The notes under the pieces were generated by a model. The model was not told the DNA's origin. It ran no database searches and was given only the letters and a program-made list of their open reading frames with translations. A stretch of 61,090 nucleotides of DNA, counting the filler, from Dugesia japonica (taxonomy: Eukaryota): the NCBI GenBank assembly GCA_001938525.1. It is 6 parts of 6 records of this genome, joined end to end, with 100 filler letters (N's around TTAATTAATTAA, not from the genome) between each part and the next. Parts side by side here need not be neighbours in the genome. Positions count along the whole stretch, not along the records: positions 19,495 to 29,406 come from MQRL01573241.1; positions 29,507 to 39,233 come from MQRL01244598.1; positions 39,334 to 51,797 come from MQRL01587997.1; 3 more parts are not named here. One strand, written 5' to 3'. The position numbers and the translations under genes are program-made. Positions 27,886 to 41,336 of this stretch are shown here, piece after piece. Numbering within the stretch: the stretch's first letter is position 1; every line of letters begins with the position of its first letter.

Positions 27886-28294
27886 CAGCCATGGCCAACA
27901 CAAAGCCTTTATTGGGCCAAAAAAGGTTTTTCAAACTCGAGTGGGCCACAATCAAAATTGCTTAAGTTATGATTCACAGTATGTAAATCTATTTATTATT
28001 TAAAATTTCAATATACTTAATTTTTAAAATACTACGGTTTTTTTCTATCATGTTAACATCAATAGCTAAAAAAACCGAAGATTCTATAAAGATTTGTAAG
28101 TACTGTAAATAATATAATATTAAAAGAGAGTCATTGAAAAAACTCTATACTCTGTCAATCACTTATAAACAACATGTATAGATGTCAAATTTGTTTTAAA
28201 AATATTTTAATTTTTGCTTGATTTTTCATTTTGTATTTGAAAGTTATTTGGTCTTGAGAAGGCCCTGAAAATGGTTGCGAGTTGGCCATACCTG
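27886..28294. mobile_element. hAT-family MITE
   Basis: TIRs CAGCCATGGCCAAC / GTTGGCCATACCTG; near-perfect 8-bp TSD ATTTTAAC / ATTTAAAC. Confidence 0.7.
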
Positions 28295-29406
28295 ATTTAA
28301 ACCTAAATTTCAAGCAACTTAAAATGATAGTTACTTATATTCTACTTTTTACGTGACCAGATTGCATTGCACTAAAAACTCTTATAGGAATATCAAATGA
28401 ACTAATTTTATGTATTTTATATTTTTTAAAAAACAATAAATTTTTTCTAGTAAATATGGAAAAATTTTAAAATAGACTTAATTTGCTTTGTAAAGATAAA
28501 TTCAAATGGCTTAGATCAGGGGTAGGGAACCTTTTGTGTCAGAGGACCGTAACAGTAAAAAACTAGTTTTTATTTCTTCAAATTCTGTACTTATTGAATG
28601 ATTTCTAGATTGCTGCTAGTAACATCCATAACCAAGAATCTCTAGTGACCGATATCTAATATGAAAGTTAGACTTGGTAAAATTAATAAACGTTTGAGTA
28701 ATTATTGATATTGAATATCAACTTTTTCATTTATACATAATTAAAACGTATTTAAAAAAATAAATATTTATTGATTTCATAAATGATTTCCCGATAAATA
28801 GTTTAAGTTTTCTATTTGATAAAGTTTTAAAAAAATTAAGGCTCCAATATTTTCAATAATTATTCCTTTAATTATTCGATATTGTTATTGATCTAAAATT
28901 TATAATATTTCTAAACATCTTTCTTTTACATTCCTTTAAAGATTTTTACATTTTTTTATGTCTTTTTTAATAATTAAAGATTTATTTTGTTTTTTATTAA
29001 CTGGACGTTATTTCTTCTTCAGATGTATCACAGAATTTGTGGAGATCATTAATTGTCTATTTCGAATTGCTTTCAATAAATACAAAAATAATTTTTATTT
29101 ATTTTTTATTGGTTTATTTTTTTTAAAATTGTCTACATCGGTTTTCTCCAGGAAAATTTTTTAAACAAAATTAATTTAATGAAATCCATTTATTACTAAC
29201 AGTTATTTAATGACATGTGAATCAAATATGTTATTTAATAACAATGTTTACTGAAACGTTTTCGTTAACTTATTTTAAAAATTAATTTTTTGTAGTAATA
29301 TGCTATTTTGAATTCGTTTATTTGAATTACGTTGAATAAATTTATTCCGAAACGGATTTTTTTCCAATCTGATATTTTTACGATAGTAAATGAAATTCAA
29401 AATTTT

Positions 29407-29506
29407 NNNNNNNNNNNNNNNNNNNNNNNNNNNNNNNNNNNNNNNNNNNNTTAATTAATTAANNNNNNNNNNNNNNNNNNNNNNNNNNNNNNNNNNNNNN
29501 NNNNNN
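29407..29506. other. Artificial contig linker
   Basis: N44-TTAATTAATTAA-N44. Confidence 0.97.
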
Positions 29507-29574
<68 letters not shown>

Positions 29575-29899
29575 TACTCCCCAGTTGACTCTAGTTATGT
29601 TGCACATGTATTTTTCTCAAAGAATTCAAGCTCAACCGTTACCAAACTCAATGCATGTCATGAAATCAAAAACATTAATCATATTGTTAAATAAAATTAA
29701 GAAATTCATAAAACTCTTTGTATATTTGTATGTTTTCATAAAGTCTTTATAACTATATAAAGTTTGTATGAAAATAATGTATATTAAAGTATTTAAGAAA
29801 TATTTTTTTATGAAATCATTTAAAATTCAAATTAAAATTTAAAATAATATAAAAAATTTAGTTTTTCCGGAAGATTCGTGCCCATTTTTAATGAAAATT

Positions 29900-31100
29900 C
29901 AAAAAAAAAACATCTACATTTCAAATCTTCATTAAATTATATACTTGTCATTTGGTTCTGCAGTCTTTCTGCATCTTTCATGCAACTTAAAAGTTTCCAT
30001 ACCTACAGAAATTATCGGCTTACCGGCGAAAAAAATATCAAAATGATTTTTTATATCAACCAAAACGCTAAGTTTTCCGCTGTAAAAGAAAAATTTTATA
30101 ACTGAAAATCTGTAGATGCCATGTCTGATAAATAAGGCAGATGGGGCAGCACTTCGCTTTTGAGCTAAAAACACTTTTTCTAGAAACACAACTTCCTACC
30201 AATTGACTATTCCTAGACGCTTTCTTCCAATATGTTTATTTTATTCGTTTAAAGGCAAACAATACTTTTCAAAATTTATGATCTGATTAGGTGGTAAAAT
30301 CTCATTAAGTAAAATTCCTCAGCCAGTTCCATAAGGCAAAAAACATAATGTTTTTTGAATGAAGACCGCCTTTCTTGGTGATTAATAGTGATCCTACTTG
30401 CTTTCTCAGGACTTTTTCTAATGAAATTATTATAAATAATTTTATTTATCATCTTCTGTTATTGCTTTCATCAAACGGGTTGTCTCCTCGTTGCGTTTAT
30501 AGAGCAAGTTGTAGATGTTGATGAAATTTATCAAGTTATTTCACTTAAATCGTGTGGAATCCATATATCTAAACGGTTTATGTATTCCAGTGCCAATAAA
30601 TGCTCATCTATGGTGGTTTTTGATATATAGTTTTTCTGCTTATTCATTTGTCGTATGGTATGAATTATACTCGACAAGTGTTTTGATCTGATCTTCATCA
30701 GTATTGCAGTGTCAGCCCGTTTGGTCTTAACCATCCAGGTTCAAATAACTAATTTTAAATTTAGCAAACTCTTTTCGAACAGCTTTCTCAAATAAATCAA
30801 CTTTAATATATCAGCGCATATTGTTTTTGTTGCTTTTGTGGCATTTTTACCTTTCCAGTAAAAGAAAAGCATCAAATACCTACAATAAAATTTATTTTTT
30901 TCATATTTAAATTGGCGTTATACTTTTGCTGATTATTTAAACAAATAATTTTATCCTTATTGATTCACATATGTCATTTACCTTGTAGAATATACATATT
31001 TATATATACATACATATATATATATATATATATCATTCGTATATATTAAATTATGTTTTAATTCCAAAAACTAAAAATTCCACAACATTATAAATTAACA
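29900..31100 (-). mobile_element. Degenerate mariner element
   Basis: MLFFYWKGKNATKA (HTH start), FAKFK, LDIWIPHDLSE (WVPHEL motif) and ITEDDK (first catalytic D region). Many stops. Confidence 0.8.
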
Positions 31101-31539
31101 CGAACGAATATATTTACCCGAATGAAAATGAAACTCATGAGTAAAATTACCATATCCAGAGTTTCATAAAAATAATATAAGTATAAATCTCCATGTTTTG
31201 ATCTTTCCAGATCTTGATAAACTTGTTCACTTTTATTAATTCATTAATATAATTATGCTCAATTTTTTCTATAAGCTAATCTACTTTGTTTTTTAGAAAA
31301 TTATTTTTCTTTAAGTTCAAATGATTGCCATATTTCATTCACTCTGTCACTGTTATTTTAGTTGTATTAATTCACTCAAAATCTTTGGTTTTGTTAATAA
31401 ATAATTATTTACCATCTAATAATTTATTAGAGTCTAACGAAAACTTATTTTTGCATGTTTTACGGTTGTTCTTAATATTTTATTAAAAATCCTAATTGTG
31501 ACTGCAAAACAATTTATTGAACGCCTTGTTTCCCTCGGA

Positions 31540-32570
31540 ATCAGTGATATGAAAATCTTTATGAAATTTTCATACAAATTATATTTCATTACACAAAATT
31601 CTAAGTCAACACATAAAAATTAAAATTTATACACTAAAATTACTTTAATCATACAAAATTCTTAGTCATCTCATAAAACTTCTAAGCCAACACATAAAAT
31701 GTCTACGTCAGCATATAATGTCTAATTTGTTACATATATTTTCTTAGTCAACACAAAATGATTCTAACCAACAAGTTAAACTTATAATTTGTCACTCTAA
31801 AATATAGTTCATCGCATTGAAATTTCTAAGTCAATGCTTTCAAATTTTAATCCATCTCACAAAAGTCTAATCTAGCCCATTAAAATTAACACGAAACCAG
31901 TAAAACGCATAAAATGTCTAAGTCAACACATAAAAGTTATAATCTATAACACTAAAATTACTTTCTATCTGACAAAATTTCATTTAATCACAGTAAAATT
32001 CTAAGTAGACACATTACACTTCTAAATCAGTACATAAAAATTAAAATTCATCATGCTAAAGGTATATAGAAGTCATTAAAATTACATTTCATCACACAAA
32101 ATTCTAAAACAACACAATAAATTTCAACATGTAAAATATAGGATTCATAATTGAAAAAAAACACTTAAATATGGAAAATCATAACTTTGTCATGGGAAAT
32201 TATAATTTCAACACAAAACAGGCACTTCATCATAGAATATACATTTATCATGGTTAATACAGGAGTCATCAAAGAAAATTAGAGATAACTACACAGAAAG
32301 TATATAATTCGTCATTTAAAATACAACTTTCATCAACAACCTTAAAATTCATAAGATTTTAAGAAAAGAATTTATCTGTTTCAATTTAAAATGAATCAAA
32401 TTTTACAAGCATAAAATTCATAAGAATCGAAATTATAAAGTTTAAAATTAATAGAATTAAAATTTATCAGTTTGGAATTAATATGAATCAAATTTTAGCA
32501 ACTTAAAATTAATACGAATCAAATTAAACAGTTTAAAATTAATATAGATTAAAATTAAAATTGATCATTT
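31540..32570. repeat. Degenerate ~21-bp minisatellite arrays
   Basis: CAACACATAAAATTCTAAGT-like units followed by AAAATTAATA.GAATCAAATT-like units. Confidence 0.65.
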
Positions 32571-33889
32571 AGAAATAATGTTTTTAAAAATTGATTTTTG
32601 TTAAATTAAATTAATTAATTTATTAAAATATGTTTAACAATTATTTATTATTAAATAATTTTGTTTAAACATATTAATTAAATATGGCCTGAATGGAATA
32701 ATTTCCTATTATTTCACCATTAAACAATATCAAGTAAGATTTTTTATTTAATTTGCTATATTATTAATTTTATTTTAGATTATTTAGGAAAACATATTAG
32801 GATTTGTGATATATAATATAAACATTTATTGTGATCAATGTTATTATAATATTTGATCAATTATGAAAATAAATAAGGATTTATTTTTATTTAAGTTAAA
32901 TGGTAATAATTTTCTTAAATTTTAATAATTTTTGTAATGAAGTTAACAATTTTTAAAATTAATAATTTCTTTTCTGTTAATAAATTGATTTTCAAATGAT
33001 AATTGTATACGTTATAAAAGCTTTATAATATGATTAAATTTATTGGAGATATGGCGAATTATGACAATTTATTATAAGCTTTGATAATAAGTAAAGATTT
33101 ATTTTATTAAAATTAAATGTTAATAATTTTATTTAAATGATAATGTTTTTCTTAAATGATTTAACTTAATGAAGTTTTAGTAATGCTTCTTAATGATAAT
33201 AAGTAATTTTTTTTGTAATGATTTAATTTAAAGATTTATTCAATAACAGTTTACTTTGAATTCTTTACCATTTTGCGGATCTGAGTCTAGCTAAATAATA
33301 GCGTTGACGACTAACTGTTTTTATCTTATAAAGGTTATACAGTTGAAGCAATGTATATTTGAGACCGGATGTGAAGGGTTGGAAGCATTGCTACCAGAGA
33401 TGCACATACTGTAATCTAGCTTAGTTTAGTATAAACTACACAAGCTGATCGATAAGCTCAATTATGAACGGACTCGATTGAATGATAACGGACCTTGATG
33501 TATTCGCTCCGTCGGACTGTACATGTCGAAGGTAATGTAATGGTATGCAATTTAAATAAAACTGTTATGAAAATAATTTTTAATGATACTATTGATAATA
33601 ATTTTACTTAAAATACAAATAATGTACTGATTTCATTAATTATACTAAGACGAAGAGTAATTTTTATTTAAATTTAAATATTAAAAATGATTTTCCTTGG
33701 AATAGTAATCGATTCTTCGGGCAAGCGGTTTATATTAATGGAACTGTGTACATCTAATGTGAAGAGCATTAAATAGTTTGTTCAGAGAGCATCTAATGCC
33801 GGTTACAGCCAAGAGTGCGTACCCATAGATATATCATAGTTTGCACCCTGGTATGCGAAAAGTAATTGTGGCCGTGCGCCACTATCTTA

Positions 33890-34360
33890 ATATTGCCGTT
33901 TGTATTGTGATGATATGGTCTCCATGTTAATAGCTTTAATCCAATACTCGGTGCAAAATCTCTAGTGATTTTAGCATCAAATAGTGAATCGTAATCTACC
34001 ATTATTACTTTTGGACATTTTAACTGAAGAATAGCAAAGGTCAAAATTACTCTCCTCACATGCCAACGCCACAAACCCTATATATTTGGTGATTTGGTCC
34101 ATTAATAACACAATATACTTCCAGGGTTTCCAGATATCCATCTACATCGTCTCTGCTGTGATGCCTGGATTTGTTTTCATCACTGATTTTTTCGTTTGTT
34201 CGTTCACATCTTTAATCTTTAACAATTTTCTTAACGTTGCTTCATCTGTTTTTTCAAAACTTTTTATGTATCTTCAAAACTTCTTTTTGAGTCCAAATTG
34301 AGATTATAATGATTTAATAGTTAATAATCTCGTCTTAATTTTATCTCTAATTGCTCCTCG
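33890..34360 (-). mobile_element. Gypsy integrase remnant
   Basis: PKVIMVD...F...G.KL...PYHHNTNG rve-core pattern. The KIKTR motif is shared with the other Gypsy copies in the window. Confidence 0.65.
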
Positions 34361-36242
34361 TGTTTCATAAAATAATTAAAATTACAACAATAAAATACAT
34401 TAAACAATAATTTAATTGTGTGATGAAATATGATGATGCTATGTCAGACTTCTTAGATAATCAAAAAATTTATCGATGAATATATTTTATTAGAAATTTA
34501 TATTATTACAAAAAATTTGACTATTTTTTTAACAATAAAATAACTATCAGTTTGTGATATTTTGAACCAATATATTTGTTTATTTATGGGAAGAAAAATA
34601 TATTGAAGTGAAATGAAACAANNNNNNNNNNNNNNNNNNNNNNNNNNNNNNNNNNNNNNNNNNNNNNNNNNNNNNNNNNNNNNNNNNNNNNNNNNNNNNN
34701 NNNNNNNNNNNNNNNNNNNNNNNNNNNNNNNNNNNNNNNNNNNNNNNNNNNNNNNNNNNNNNNNNNNNNNNNNNNNNNNNNNNNNNNNNNNNNNNNNNNN
34801 NNNNNNNNNNNNNNNNNNNNNNNNNNNNNNNNNNNNNNNNNNNNNNNNNNNNNNNNNNNNNNNNNNNNNNNNNNNNNNNNNNNNTCTAGATTTAAAATAT
34901 TTTCATCGGTAGACAACATCTATTTCCTAAAACAATTAGATTTACAAATAAATAAATGTAATAAAATTCTACAATACAAAATTAAAAAATATTACCCAGT
35001 AATATTTCAAATCGCTATGATTTACAAACAACAATATTTCAAAAAAATATTATTTACTAAACCATTGTTAATTAAAAAGAAAACGCAGTTTACGTATTGC
35101 TGTTTACCAAGTACAATTTAATTTCTAAAATTATAAACTCAAAATTCACATTAGTTTTTAAAAATCTGTCCTACAAAATGTTGAAAAAACGTTTCTTTAA
35201 TTAAAAATAAATAAATCAGATTTAATTTTTTACAAACTTATAAAAATAAAGAGTAGCTAAAACATTCAAGAATCTCACATTTCTTCACAATTATTATTAT
35301 AAATCTTTAATATAATTATCCAATTCACTGACTGACTCACTCTGGAACGCTCACACATTAGTAAAACAGTCAATAATAATTTGTAATTTGCAAACTATAT
35401 TATTTAATTTTTTATTACAATATTTCAATTAGTTTAAGAGGCTTTTTGTCTGAATTAAATGACTCAAAACAATTTACTCGCAATGTTATGAATACCGAAA
35501 TAACGTTTCATTGTATAAACATTACATTTTGCTCTTCTTCTTTTATAATTCAAACCAAAATAAATTTGCGAAATATTCTCATTTTTAGATTCAAAAATTA
35601 CTAGTGATCTCAGAATAAACTTGTAAATAATATCGAAAAATAATATAAAAATAAATAAAATCAATAGAAATTCAATAAAACTAAGTATTCAATAATATAA
35701 TAGAAATTAATCTTAAAGATTTGAATATAAAATTACTAGAAATCAATTTATAACATTAATCAGTCAATATTTTAATTAATCAGTCAGATTTAATGTTTAA
35801 TAATTAATTAACCAATAATAAAAGTTGTCAATATGAATTTGTTTAATTTAAATAAATTCTTATAAAGATGATAAATTTGATCATTTCATAATCGTTAATT
35901 AAATTAATCGAAATACTATTTTGATTAAATATTTTATTTGTCTACTCGTATCATAAATCATTTGATGAAAGAAGCTCATTTTTTGTATAAATTTATTTGT
36001 TTTGTGTTGAAATAATTGTTTAAATTTATATAATGACTTTGAGTAAAAGTTTAATACATTACTTTATTATTTTTGGTTCCCATTTCTCACATCCGGATTT
36101 CAATTGATCTATTATTTGCTTTAAATAAATTGGTTGTTAATAAAATTTAATTATTATTAATTAAATTAGTTAGTCTTTTTATAGAAATTCATATTATTTT
36201 ATAAAAATTCTTGAATCGCAACATAAATAATAACAGAGTTAT

Positions 36243-36361
36243 AGATTTCATTAAAATAAAAGCTTCGATCATTTTCTTTTGTTTTTAATAATAATTCTAA
36301 TTTAGAATTATCATCAAAAACAAAAACAAATTTGATCAAAGCTGTTATTTTAATGAATTCT
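36243..36361. mobile_element. ~120-bp foldback (hairpin) element, degenerate copy
   Basis: Arms AGATTTCATTAAAATAAAAGCTTCGATCA / TGATCAAAGCTGTTATTTTAATGAATTCT. Same family as 60958-61076; a further half-copy lies at ~36578. Confidence 0.6.
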
Positions 36362-36644
36362 GAAAAACGATCAGTGGTTGCGTTCAAAAATTATTTTCGC
36401 AATAATTCTTGTAATTGTAAAACAGTTATAGATGTTCAATAAATGGAAATTATTTACAACATAATTTGGGGGGATACATGCGATCGAAACAAGCTACGAT
36501 TTCTTAAGATTAAATTTGGGAAACTCTGTAACATAATATATTTGGTTATTAAATAGCAGCTATATATTTTTATTCACTTAAAATAAAAGCTTCGATCAAA
36601 ATTTTTCGATATTTCGACCTTGTCTTCGTCAGAAAAAGTCAATT

Positions 36645-36972
36645 CCAAGACATTCAATACAGTGTTGGCCACATAAAAAGTCAATGGATTCTGATACATG
36701 ATTTGATTGGACTCGACACGCTGTTGCATTCGCTCCAATTTTGTTATCAGCAATTTGAGATAAAACATAAATATTGAATTGAATACATGGATAATATTCT
36801 TTTTGACATGAATCGCAATTTTATGCTCGCCATTTCGATTTGATGCATGTGTATTGATTAAATAAGATCCATTTTTTGAAAAGTATGGTAAGCACCCCGA
36901 AGGGCACACTACTTTGAATGGAAGTCTATTCAACTCATGTTTCAATATTCTTTCAGTATGAAAAGTACGCAC
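36645..36972 (-). pseudogene. Adenain-like cysteine protease relic from a second Polinton lineage
   Basis: CPSGCLP...YLINTHASNRNGEH.IAI...VFNS...YQNPLT, with frameshifted LCGQHC. Matches the Polinton protease order H-D-Q-C. Confidence 0.7.
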
Positions 36973-37039
36973 AATAAAAAATTAATCTATTACAAAACAT
37001 CAATCCTCCCTGATTTGAAATCCATATATATATTTATTT

Positions 37040-37550
37040 TTATTCAATTACTACTTCATTTTCACTCATTAAAATGTTCGAATCACAATATCAATATATC
37101 TTAATTATCAATGACTCCGTCATTGCTTTATAAAATTATCATTTCATTGTAATTCTCGGTTTTTGGTCACTGTGGATGATCAATAAGAAAGTCAGCAGCC
37201 GATTCAAATGTGAAAAATGTATAGGAATCTTTAAACTCCCACATTATAATACCATTGTTTAGGTCTATATTTAACAGACTCATGTTACGAATAATGAATG
37301 ATATATAGGCCTCAGTACAATTGTTATCAAAATCACTATTATATATTTTCCAATAATCAATGAGACTTGTACAATAATAACTACTTTCTTGTTTTAATGA
37401 TGTGAATGTAATCAAAATAATTTGGCAATCTTTCATCGGAAAAGTGATTATCTTCGTGTGAGTTTTCTGAATTGTAAAATGTACAATTTTTNATTTTAAG
37501 AAAGGATAATTTGCATATTGATGTTCAAATTCCTGATAATGCCCAACCAA
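37040..37550 (-). pseudogene. Probable C-terminal relic of a Polinton major capsid (hexon-like) protein
   Basis: EAYISF...NNGI...EFKDSYTFFTFE..AD....H..P.T pattern, directly upstream of the protease relic (capsid-protease gene order). Confidence 0.55.
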
Positions 37551-37909
37551 TACGAAGAAATAAATAAAAAACTATATTACATAAAAGAAAATAATATAAC
37601 TAAATGCTCATACAAATGGAAATTATTCGACATTTGGTTTAAATTAATAAATTGTTAAATTTATAATTATTAAAATTAATTAGCCAATTAAAATTCAATA
37701 AAATAAATAAATTCCAAAATTATTTTTATTTCAAATAATAAGACCTTGCATAAATCAAAAAAAAGAATAATAAAAGAATATTAATTACTAAAATCAAAAT
37801 AAAAAAANNNNNNNNNNNNNNNNNNNNNNNNNNNNNNNNNNNNNNNNNNNNNNNNNNNNNNNNNNNNNNNNNNNNNNNNNNNNNNNNNNNNNNNNNNNNN
37901 NNNNNNNTT

Positions 37910-39233
37910 TTTCCCTTTGTTTTCGCAAATCTAAGGAAATAAAGCTATCCAAAAACCTTTTGAGACTAATTTTATCCGCAAATGCAACTCTCCATGCCAT
38001 AATCCACTGTATTTAGAAAAAGGAAAAGAAGGTCCTAAGAATATGCTTGGATTTCAGAAAATTGAATAAATTAACCAAAAAACAAGTCTTTCCTATGCCT
38101 AACGTTGATGAAACGCTGGATGCATTAGATGGAGCAAAAAATTCCAATTTATAATTTTTAAGGAAATGCTTAATATTAAGTAGAGCTCAAAGAAGAATCT
38201 CAAGAAAAATACATCGTTTTCAACAAAGAATGAACCATATTGTTTTAATAGAATGCCAATAAGCATTGTAGCAGGCCACATACATTTCAGGAGATGATGA
38301 AAAAGTGGTAATTAGAATTTTAAAGTTTATGGTATATCCTGCTGACATACTGANATTTACAAACAATAAAGATCAACACTATGAAGTCATTGATGTTTTG
38401 ACGGAAATAATAACGACTGGTTTAAGAAATAATCTATAAAAGTGTCAGTTTCTTCAAAGAAAAATCAAATTTCTTGGGCACATAATTAGCAGGCATGGTA
38501 TTAAAACTGCTTTATCTTAAATAGAAGCAATAAGAACATTTGACAAACCTAATTGTGTAAAGATCTTGGGGAGTTTCTGAGGAGCTTTTAATTACTGCAT
38601 GAAGTTTGTAGAAAACTACGCAAGAATATCAAGGATATTCGAACAGTTGTGTAGCGTACCAAGTAATAAAAAGTTAGAATGTAATGACGAAATAAATGAC
38701 ACTTTTCAGGGTCTGAAGAAAGTTCTAATGACTTCAAAATTTACCTTAGTAGTTAACGTAGCATTACAATTTTAGAAAAGGAATTCAATATGTTAATTCA
38801 GATATATTATCTAAACCAAGATGCAAAGTAGTACAATGTTAAATGTCACATGAATATACCAATAAATGGAAGATTAAAACAAGACTACTTAACACAATTG
38901 AAAAAAAATTAAGGTCAATAAGAAAATTTTGCGAAAACCGATTTAATCAATAAAATAAAAATATGGGATGACAAAATACGTGAGACAATAGAAGAAATAC
39001 ACAAATTATGTCATATTATTATGTCATACAAGAGTTGAAAAGTTGAGAAGAAAAGACAAAGAGATTAGAAAATACCAATTTGTTTGAAGTGATATTCACA
39101 GATATATGTGGGCCAATGTGGGATACATATCGACGGAAAAAATACATACTTGGAAGACCAGTTCAGTAAATATCTGGTTCTTCTAGCATTCCCTTGACAA
39201 TACGAGGGAACCATATGAAGAGCTATTTTTGAG
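37910..39233 (+). mobile_element. Degenerate Gypsy pol (RT-RNase H-integrase start)
   Basis: FPMPNVDETLDALDGAK, FNRMP, KCQFLQRKIKFLGHIIS, LFEVIFTDICGP. Stops and frameshifts throughout. Confidence 0.85.
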
Positions 39234-39333
39234 NNNNNNNNNNNNNNNNNNNNNNNNNNNNNNNNNNNNNNNNNNNNTTAATTAATTAANNNNNNNNNNN
39301 NNNNNNNNNNNNNNNNNNNNNNNNNNNNNNNNN
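39234..39333. other. Artificial contig linker
   Basis: N44-TTAATTAATTAA-N44. Confidence 0.97.
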
Positions 39334-39335
39334 AT

Positions 39336-40025
39336 TTTAGATTATTAATAATAGGATCTTCAGGTTCAGGTAAAAATGTATTACTTATGAAAATGCTCCT
39401 GACACCTAAATTCCTGGATTATGACAATTTAATAATCTATTCAACAACTATCTCTCAATTTGAGATTCAATTACTATATCTCGGATTTGAATCTCGCTTG
39501 TCAAAAGAAGATATTAGTTTAATATTTCAACATCAAAATATAATACCTAAACATTTAAATACACCATATCAAGTAATCCAATATTTCATTGACAAGAAAC
39601 TAGTCAACAAAAGAAATAGAACAATAATTATTACATTATCAAATCGACCTAATGAAATAATCTCATGTGATAAGCTATCAAAAGATAAAAAGAATCTTAT
39701 AATTTTCGATGATGTTGTCAATGAGAAAAATCAACAAATTCAGAAATCTTATTTCACACGTAGACGACATTCAAATTGTAATGTAATATATATTTCCCAA
39801 ACATATTATGATCTCGATAAAAATTCTATACGTAATAATTCAAACTGTTACATTTTCTTCAAATTAAATAAAACTGATAAAAATAATGTTTATCATGAAT
39901 TATTCTCAAATATCTTTAATAACAAACTAGATTATGATTATGAAACAAATTTACACTGGAAAACTAAATATAATTATTTTTATCTTAACAAAGAAACTGA
40001 TGAACTCTTAGATGATCTATTCTAA
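39336..40025 (+). CDS. A32/FtsK-like genome-packaging ATPase (5'-truncated)
   Basis: The frame is open upstream of the listed Met: FRLLIIGSSGSGKN (Walker A), LIIFDD (Walker B), FTRRRHSNCNVIYISQ and SIRNN motifs. Confidence 0.9.
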   Translation, partial: FRLLIIGSSGSGKNVLLMKMLLTPKFLDYDNLIIYSTTISQFEIQLLYLGFESRLSKEDISLIFQHQNIIPKHLNTPYQVIQYFIDKKLVNKRNRTIIITLSNRPNEIISCDKLSKDKKNLIIFDDVVNEKNQQIQKSYFTRRRHSNCNVIYISQTYYDLDKNSIRNNSNCYIFFKLNKTDKNNVYHELFSNIFNNKLDYDYETNLHWKTKYNYFYLNKETDELLDDLF

Positions 40026-40147
40026 CATGAAATTGATTTATTTTAAATATTAAATTCTAACATGAAATTGATTTATTTTAAATATTAAATTCTAACATAA
40101 AATTGATTTATTTTAAATATTAAATTCTAACATGAAATTGATTTATT
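40021..40147. repeat. 35-bp tandem repeat x3.6 between convergent viral genes
   Basis: TCTAACATGAAATTGATTTATTTTAAATATTAAAT repeated head-to-tail, starting at the ATPase stop codon. Confidence 0.9.
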
Positions 40148-40167
40148 CTCCTCTTCTTAAACTAAAT

Positions 40168-41336
40168 TTATTTTCTTAGAAAAAAATACTCTAATTTTTT
40201 TATTTCTTTTTCTATTCTACGAAATGCCCAATTTGATTTTAATATTTCTGGATACTTCTTAGCAAATTTATAAAATTTTATTATTTTGTTTATATAATTA
40301 ATTTTATAACAAATACCAATTTTACGTAAATGTTCCACTTTTTCATTATTACTTTTAAAATGATGTTTTAACTGATTAAAGTAATAACCCAAATTATAAA
40401 TACTTATTACAGTAATTTGTTTTCCAATGTTATAATTATTATTCCAAATTAAAATATTTTCATTTATACTTTCAAGATTAACATTTTCATTTCTAGTTGT
40501 TAACATTATACCAGTTAAATTAAATGATTCTGGTTCAATATTTACAAGTGATTTATGAAATCCACGAAAAAAACTAATATTATCTTCTATCATTCCACTT
40601 TCATATTCTTCATCAACATTTCGTAAATCTGACAATATATCATCAGTAATTGTTTCTGTGGATGATATTTCAGATATTCCATCTAAAGTTTCTGCCTCTA
40701 TGGTTTCGGCTATGGATCTTTCTCCCTTTATGGATCTTTCTTCCTCTATGGTTTCGGGTGTGTCGTCTCCTGTGTCATCCTCTATGGTTTCGGCTATGTC
40801 ATCCCTTTCTCCCTTTATGTGCCTTTCTTGATATTTCATAATTGCTTCATAATATTTACTTTTACTTTTTTTATAATATAATTCAAATTTTTCTCTACAA
40901 CCTCTACAATATATAATCATACCTTTTTTATCAATAAATAAATTAATACCATGGAAACATATTTCATTTTTGAAATAATATTTTATTTCATATAAATAAT
41001 CCCAATGGTGATTTTTTCTGTTATATTTTCTAAGTTCTCTAACATATTTTTATAACGTTTTTCTGTCTTTTTTATATCATTTCCAAATTTAATTAATAAT
41101 AATAATGAAGGTTTTTTATATTCATTATTATAAATTTCAAAAATAAATTTTGATTCAATAACAACATGTAAAAAATCTCCATTTTTAGGATCTATTGTTA
41201 CAAATAATTTTTTAACTTTAACTTTTAATTTTTCAGTTTTTTTATTATCTTTTTTCATTTTACAATCACATTCATCCTCACTATAATGAGAACATCCACT
41301 ATCACTTTCACTTTTTTCGTTTTCACTATCAGACAT
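40168..41336 (-). CDS. Viral hypothetical protein (~390 aa when ORFs 40983..41336 and 40168..40920 are joined across one frameshift): C-x-H...CxxC motif, acidic repeats, basic helical C-terminal domain
   Basis: Adding one A to the A6 run at 41012-41017 gives a continuous EKNHHWDYLYEIKNYYFKNEICFHGINLFIDKKGMIIYCRGC frame. Confidence 0.65.

Noticed and set aside
40021-40147. CRISPR-like array
   Set aside because: Head-to-tail repeats with no unique spacers, no cas genes, eukaryotic context.
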